A stretch of 32,000 bases of DNA from Halanaerobium saccharolyticum (GTDB lineage Bacteria; Bacillota; Halanaerobiia; Halanaerobiales; Halanaerobiaceae): positions 123,489-155,488 of the forward strand of contig NZ_QLME01000002.1 in NCBI RefSeq assembly GCF_003259895.1, in the 5' to 3' direction. A model generated the notes under the pieces. It searched no databases, was not told the origin of the DNA, and saw only the letters and a program-made list of their open reading frames with translations. The position numbers and the translations under genes were made by a program. Positions 26,547-32,000 of the stretch are shown here, piece by piece (position 1 is the stretch's first letter; every line of letters begins with the position of its first letter).

Positions 26547-29500
26547 ATCTATTAGCAATTATTTCAGCAGCAGGCACAGGAGCGGTAACCGGCTATTTAA
26601 CCAATAATCTGGCACTAAAAATGATTTTCAAAGAGTACGGGCCACTTGGGGGAGTGGTAATTAAGACTAAAGATGAATTTATTGACAGTATTTCTGCCCT
26701 GGTAGAAAGAGATTTGGTTAATCATCATACCTTAGAAGAGGAGTTTTCCCGGCCTGAATTTAAGCAGAATTTTAATCAGAGCCTGGATGATTTTTTGAAT
26801 ATCTATCTTGAACAGCGCACTGGTGATTTCAAACTGGGAGAGCTTCCCGGCTGGAAAGAAAATTTTGAACTTCTAAGTTCAGCTGCTGCTGAGACAGGAG
26901 TTGAGTTTCTGGCAGCAGGCAGCAGAGAGCTGAAGGAGCAGGAGTTAAGTCAACTAATTTCGGAGTCCGGGCAGCAGAAACTGCTGCAGGAAGTTTTCAG
27001 TAAAGTAATAATTAAAGCAGAAGCTGCAGAAAGTGGTGAAAATTTAATTCTCAGATTTTATGAGCAGCTGAAGTCTAAAAGCTTAACTGAGCTTTTAAAT
27101 AAAGAAAGTCAGTCACAGCTGAAAAAGTTGGTTAAAGAATCTGCTCAGTATTTTAGAGATAATTATCAGGATTTAGATAAGCCCGGCAAAGAAGCTTTTA
27201 AGGCAGAAATCAGTCAGCTTTTTAATTTAGAAAAAATTAGTCAGAATATATTAAATGAGCTTAAAGAACTTAAGCTTTCTGATTTGATCAAAGACAGCAG
27301 TGAACTGGAGGAAATTTTATCCAGAGTAGATCTGCATGATCTGGTAAAAGAAATACTTGTAAACTTAAAAATTGAACTGGATAATTCCCAGCTGCTGATC
27401 GAAGATTTTTTTACAGAAGAACTGGAAGCAGATTTAAAGCAGGAATTGTCTGAGCTGATTTCTACTGCTGAATCAGATTTATTGGATTCTCTGGAGTCAG
27501 CCGAAACTGAGCTAAATGATCTGATTCTGGAGGCAGTTGAAGAAGAAATTGAAGCAAGTACAGGTTTTAAGGCAATGAGCCGTCAGGGAATCTATAACAA
27601 ATATCAGGAAAAGATAGAGGAATATGGTCTGCCGGTGACTCATCTTAAAAATTATTTAGAAGCAGAATTAAATTCTGATAACCAAAAACTGGCTGCTGAG
27701 CTGACAGCAAAAATTAAGGAAATTAAAATAGCTAAATTGCTGCCGAAAATTGAGCTGGAGAAAATTATAAAAAATCTGGAAAAGTCATTAGCTGGATTTT
27801 ATCAGCAGTATGAAGATCAAAAGATAATTGAACTTTTTTCAGAAGAAATTTTTGCAGAGGAAATGCTGACAGATAAAATTGTCGAACTAATTTTTAGTTC
27901 TCTGGAAAAAATTAGCGGTGATGCTGATTCAATAGAGATTTTGATAGATTATTTAATGGAGTTAAAGCTGGAGGATCTGCTCAGCCGGGAAAAACTGGTG
28001 CTTAAAAAAGATAAGATTGCCGCTGAAGTATACCGACTGCTATCAGATCAGGACTTACTAACAGCAGAGACAGCAGCTTATCTTAATCAGAATTTCTTTA
28101 ACCTTTTAAATAAAGAGCTAGATAATTCCAGACCTCAATTTAAAAAGGGAATAGCAAGTTATCTCAATCAACAGCAGGGAGAGCTGGCAGCTAAAGAGAT
28201 TAAGTCTTTCTATACTTTATTTCAGGATGATCCGGAGGCTGTTGCAGACTTAACTGAATCAATTACTGCTTTCTTTTATAATAATTTACCTCAGCTTCTG
28301 GAAGGCAAAGTGGCGGAGGCGGCTTCGGCTAATTTACATCAGCTTTCTGATCAGGAAGTCCAGGCTGCCATCGAAGATTTTATGGGCCAGGAATTAAAAC
28401 CGATCACCTATTTAGGGGCCTTACTGGGAGCGGCTGCCGGGATTATATTTTCACTCAGCGGGGCTGAAACGGCAATTTTTAATGCTTCACCGGTCTGGGT
28501 TGATTATTTAAGCTCTGCAATTTTATATGGTGGAGTAGGCTGGCTGACCAATGTGCTGGCAATCTGGATGATTTTTCATCCCTACCAGCAGAAAAATATT
28601 TTGGGAGCCCGAATTCCCTTTACACCGGGAGTTGTTGCCAAAAATAGAAGCCGTTTTGCCGATTCCATGGGTAAATTTGTGGAAAAAGAACTGCTCAAAG
28701 CTAATTCAGCAGCAGAGATTATAGAAAATAATCGTTCGGAAATAAAGGCAAGAACACTGGAATATTTTAAGGACAGTGATTACCAGCAGCTGTTTGAACA
28801 GCTGAGAGATAAAAATGAAATACTGGCAGAGTTTTTGTTTAATAAAGTGGACCAGCTTTTATCGGAACTGGAGGCAGATGATTTTAAAGCTCTGATTGAT
28901 ACTTTAGAGCCGCAGCTGGATACTTTACTGACTCAAAAACTGGCTTCCTTTGATTTTGGAGCTGCAGCGACAAAGTATTTGAGTCAGGAAGAAAACTCTC
29001 TGCCGGAGCTGGAGACTCGTATTGTTTCGGGATTCCAGATGGAACAGCTGGCCGCTTTTGTCAATGGCGAATATAAAATAAATCTAAACTCCAGCCAGCT
29101 GAAACAGCTTCTTAAAAATAAAGAGCTTTATCCTTTCTTTAAATTTCTGGCACCACAGCTTTTGGAAAAGGAATTTGAATTTGATTTAAAGAATTATCTT
29201 TTAAAATTATTGCAGCAGGATTCTGATTACTATCTTGATCAGTCTTTAAATCTGTTTTTTGAGCAGCAGGAGAATATTGCTCGTTTAATCAATTTCAAAA
29301 AAGATGAGATTATAGAAAATGAGAAAGAAAAAGAGGGAGGGATGTTGAAAAACACCCTAATCTCTGGCGCTATCTATATGGCTGATCTGGATCAATTTGT
29401 GGATTCAATAGTCGAGCGGGTTTTCAATAAACTGCAAAATGAATATTTTGTTGAGCACAGAGACCAACTAGAAGGATTTTATTATAATCTGCTGGATAAA

Positions 29501-30289
29501 CTGCAGTCTAGAGATCTGCTGACAGGAGAAAATCTAAAGCTGAATCGGATATTAAAGAACTTTGTCAGCACCAAGCAGGGGTCTGAACTTTTAACCGAGG
29601 TTCTTTATCTAAGTGATCAGCCGCTGGCCAGGTTGATTGATCTGATATTTAAAGAAGAAAAACAGCAGCTGCTCTCGTTAAATATTGAACTAAAGGCTGA
29701 AGCAGCGGCAGAATTTATTAAACAGCAGCTTAACCTGGAGCAAAAATTGAAACTCCTGCTTTTAGTAAAAGACTTATTTACTGCAGAGAATATGAAAAAA
29801 GAAATTTTGCAGCTGCTGCAGACAGTTGATTTAAAAATAATTAACCAGGAATTGAAAAGTTTATTGCAGGAAATACAGTTAATTGATCCAGATTTGTTTG
29901 ATGCTGAATTATTGGCAGAACTTAAAACCAATTTAGCTTCATTACTAAAAAGTGAAGAAGTAAATAGGCTGTTGCTTAATAAAAGTGAAGAAGAGATTAC
30001 AAAGTTAGCTGAGACTCTGGAGCAGGAAATGGATAGGGAAGGTCTGGAATATCTGCTGGCCTTATTTGTAGAAGCCGGTGTTGACAGCTTTAAAGCTAAT
30101 TCGGAAGCTCTGCTTAAAAGTCTGGAATTAAAAGAATTAACAGCTGCTGAAGTTAGAAAAATGAATCCGGTAGAGATAGAAGAAGTTTTTGACAGTTTTG
30201 CCGGCAAATATTTTGCCCACTTAAAGCAGTACGGCTGGTTTGGTGGTATTTTTGGAGTACTTCAGCTGCTGTTGAGAAATATTATTTAA
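26537..30289 (+). CDS. Large DUF445-family membrane protein (1250 aa), internally duplicated
   Basis: AGTGAVTGYLTNNLALKMIFKEYGPLGGVVIKTKDEF near the N-terminus and GGVGWLTNVLAIWMIFHPYQQKNILGARIPFTPGVVAKNRSRFADSMGKFVEKEL mid-protein; long coiled-coil-like linkers. Confidence 0.88.
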   Translation: MVLDLLAIISAAGTGAVTGYLTNNLALKMIFKEYGPLGGVVIKTKDEFIDSISALVERDLVNHHTLEEEFSRPEFKQNFNQSLDDFLNIYLEQRTGDFKLGELPGWKENFELLSSAAAETGVEFLAAGSRELKEQELSQLISESGQQKLLQEVFSKVIIKAEAAESGENLILRFYEQLKSKSLTELLNKESQSQLKKLVKESAQYFRDNYQDLDKPGKEAFKAEISQLFNLEKISQNILNELKELKLSDLIKDSSELEEILSRVDLHDLVKEILVNLKIELDNSQLLIEDFFTEELEADLKQELSELISTAESDLLDSLESAETELNDLILEAVEEEIEASTGFKAMSRQGIYNKYQEKIEEYGLPVTHLKNYLEAELNSDNQKLAAELTAKIKEIKIAKLLPKIELEKIIKNLEKSLAGFYQQYEDQKIIELFSEEIFAEEMLTDKIVELIFSSLEKISGDADSIEILIDYLMELKLEDLLSREKLVLKKDKIAAEVYRLLSDQDLLTAETAAYLNQNFFNLLNKELDNSRPQFKKGIASYLNQQQGELAAKEIKSFYTLFQDDPEAVADLTESITAFFYNNLPQLLEGKVAEAASANLHQLSDQEVQAAIEDFMGQELKPITYLGALLGAAAGIIFSLSGAETAIFNASPVWVDYLSSAILYGGVGWLTNVLAIWMIFHPYQQKNILGARIPFTPGVVAKNRSRFADSMGKFVEKELLKANSAAEIIENNRSEIKARTLEYFKDSDYQQLFEQLRDKNEILAEFLFNKVDQLLSELEADDFKALIDTLEPQLDTLLTQKLASFDFGAAATKYLSQEENSLPELETRIVSGFQMEQLAAFVNGEYKINLNSSQLKQLLKNKELYPFFKFLAPQLLEKEFEFDLKNYLLKLLQQDSDYYLDQSLNLFFEQQENIARLINFKKDEIIENEKEKEGGMLKNTLISGAIYMADLDQFVDSIVERVFNKLQNEYFVEHRDQLEGFYYNLLDKLQSRDLLTGENLKLNRILKNFVSTKQGSELLTEVLYLSDQPLARLIDLIFKEEKQQLLSLNIELKAEAAAEFIKQQLNLEQKLKLLLLVKDLFTAENMKKEILQLLQTVDLKIINQELKSLLQEIQLIDPDLFDAELLAELKTNLASLLKSEEVNRLLLNKSEEEITKLAETLEQEMDREGLEYLLALFVEAGVDSFKANSEALLKSLELKELTAAEVRKMNPVEIEEVFDSFAGKYFAHLKQYGWFGGIFGVLQLLLRNII

Positions 30290-30310
30290 AAATATAGAGA
30301 GGTGATTTTG

Positions 30311-31252
30311 ATGTATTTGACCAAAGGATTATTTTTGTTTTTTCTAATACTAACCCTAGTTCTGGCAGGGTCTTTTTCGGCAGCTGCGGCTGAAGCAACA
30401 GTTGCTGTAACAATTGTTCCTCAGCTGGAAATGGTAGAAGCAGTTGCTGGTGAGAAAGTAGAGGTTGTAGAAATGATCCCTCAGGGATTTAGTCCTGCTA
30501 ATTATGCTCCCTCACCTGCCGAAATGCGGGCCTTTAATGAAGCCAGCATTTATTTTTCGATGGGAGTACCGGCAGATGTGCAGAATATTTTACCCCGGGC
30601 AGAAGAAATGTCAGGACTCAAAGTGGTAAAATTATTTGAAGAAATTGAATCTGAGTATCCCCACCGTTATTTGGGAGAAGAGGATGAGCATCAAGACGAG
30701 GAAGTTGAGCATCAGAAAGAGGAAAATGATGATCACGGACACAGGCATGAGGGAGGCAGAGATCCTCATATCTGGCTTTCTCCAGCTAGAGCTAGTCTGA
30801 TGGTGGAGATAATGCGAGATGAGTTAATAGAAATCCTGCCTGAATATGAAGCAGAATTTAAAGAAAATGCTGAGCAGTATTTAGAAAAAATGGATGCAGT
30901 TGATCAGAAAAATCAGGAATTATTAGCTGAATATCAGGGTCAGGAAATACTTGTTTATCATCCTTCATTTGGATATTTTACCGAACATTATGGTTTAGAA
31001 ATGCTGGCAATAGAAGCAGGGGGTAAAGAACCTGGTCCCCGCCAGCTGCAGGAAATTATAGAATATGCTCGTCAGCAGAGAATAAAGAATGTTTTTTATC
31101 AGGCAAAAATTGACAGCAGCAGAACCAGAGCAGTTGCCGAAGAACTCGGGGGAGAGATCGTGCAGCTTAATCCTTTAGCCTCAAATTACCTCGACAACTT
31201 AAGAGTAATGGCAGAGAAAATGGCAGCTGAGCTTGCAGAAAGAGATGATTAG
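30311..31252 (+). CDS. znuA: Zinc ABC transporter substrate-binding protein (ZnuA/TroA-like)
   Basis: Cluster A-1 (TroA) fold motifs; His-rich EDEHQDEEVEHQKEENDDHGHRHEGGRDPHIWLSP; VYHPSFGYFTEHYG-like motif. Confidence 0.9.
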   Translation: MYLTKGLFLFFLILTLVLAGSFSAAAAEATVAVTIVPQLEMVEAVAGEKVEVVEMIPQGFSPANYAPSPAEMRAFNEASIYFSMGVPADVQNILPRAEEMSGLKVVKLFEEIESEYPHRYLGEEDEHQDEEVEHQKEENDDHGHRHEGGRDPHIWLSPARASLMVEIMRDELIEILPEYEAEFKENAEQYLEKMDAVDQKNQELLAEYQGQEILVYHPSFGYFTEHYGLEMLAIEAGGKEPGPRQLQEIIEYARQQRIKNVFYQAKIDSSRTRAVAEELGGEIVQLNPLASNYLDNLRVMAEKMAAELAERDD

Positions 31253-31254
31253 TA

Positions 31255-32000
31255 GTGACTTATGCAGTTGAATTGAAAGATGTTTCAGTTAAATATGGTA
31301 AGATACCTGCTTTAAAAAATGTAAGCATTCAGATTGCAGAGGGAGCCTTTTTGGGGATTATTGGCCCTAATGGTGGTGGGAAAACCACACTCTTAAAAGT
31401 TATCCTGGGTTTAATTGAGCCTGAAGCAGGAGAGATCAATGTCTTTGGCCATCCTCATAATCAGATGGTTGATAGGATTGGATATGTACCTCAAATTTCT
31501 AATTTTGACCGTGACTTTCCCATCAGTGTTCTGGATGTTGTTTTGATGGCAAGGCTGGGAGGCAGAGTTAGATTTTTTCATCAGTATCAAAAAGAAGATT
31601 TAAAAAAAGCTGAGGCAGTTTTAGATCAGCTTAATCTGCTTCATCTGAAAGATAGGCAGATTGGTAAACTTTCTGGTGGCCAGCTGCAGCGGGTTTTAAT
31701 TGCCCGAGGTCTGGCCGTAGAACCTGAGATTCTGCTTCTGGATGAGCCGACCGCAAATGTCGATGCCAGTTCTACTTCCCAAATTTATGAATTATTAAAG
31801 AATTTAAATCAGGACAGAACAATTATTGTGGCAACTCATGATATGGCTGCAGTGTCTTCTTATTTTGATACTCTGGCCTGTTTAAACGAAAAACTTTATC
31901 ACCATGGTGATAAACGTCTTGATCAGGAGACAACAGAACAGGTTTTTGGCTGTCCGGTAGATTTAATTGCTCACGGCCATCCTCACCATGTATTTGCCCC
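31255..32000 (+). CDS. znuC: Zinc/manganese ABC transporter ATP-binding protein (ZnuC-like), partial at window end; absent from ORF track
   Basis: GTG start; translation VTYAVELKDVSVKYGKIPALKNVSIQIAEGAFLGIIGPNGGGKTTLLKVILGL...LSGGQLQRVLIARGLAVEPEILLLDEPTANVD...THDMAAV. Confidence 0.9.
   Translation, partial: MTYAVELKDVSVKYGKIPALKNVSIQIAEGAFLGIIGPNGGGKTTLLKVILGLIEPEAGEINVFGHPHNQMVDRIGYVPQISNFDRDFPISVLDVVLMARLGGRVRFFHQYQKEDLKKAEAVLDQLNLLHLKDRQIGKLSGGQLQRVLIARGLAVEPEILLLDEPTANVDASSTSQIYELLKNLNQDRTIIVATHDMAAVSSYFDTLACLNEKLYHHGDKRLDQETTEQVFGCPVDLIAHGHPHHVFA

Noticed and set aside
1-32000. CRISPR array, toxin-antitoxin, retron, prophage or defence island
   Set aside because: No regularly spaced repeats, reverse transcriptase, integrase, Cas or nuclease-type ORFs are present. 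Apart from intergenic elements the window is housekeeping and metal homeostasis.

Overview
This 32-kb window looks like low-GC, Halanaerobiales-like Firmicute DNA (taxonomy is inferred from protein style only). From left to right it contains a purine biosynthesis operon (purD-K-E-B-C, a 432-bp non-coding gap, then purF-M-N-H); an iron ABC transporter; a DtxR-family regulator with a C-terminal FeoA domain, feoA, feoB and two unannotated small Cys-rich membrane peptides; DUF2325 and flavodoxin genes; a convergent cstA plus LytTR/LytS two-component system; a PAS/degenerate-GGDEF/HD-GYP-like protein; corA; a 1250-aa tandem DUF445 protein; and a znuA/znuC-like zinc uptake pair (the second truncated by the window end). 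The strongest unexplained signals are: (1) a 296-bp nested imperfect palindrome with a three-way-junction-like core, plus a third copy of its outer arm. It fills the purC-purF gap, which is where purS-purQ-purL sit in the classical Bacillus operon. (2) An oriC-like cluster of four perfect and three single-mismatch DnaA boxes next to an AT-rich tract at about 25.22-25.47 kb. (3) Two near-duplicate iron-type promoters, one with an added perfect DtxR-like palindrome. (4) A dispersed GTACCTGGTACC repeat family, including a perfect 46-bp palindrome. (5) A probable DUF2023 remnant in frame behind the flavodoxin stop. No CRISPR array, tRNA, rRNA or complete transposase was seen. I found no convincing new defence system.
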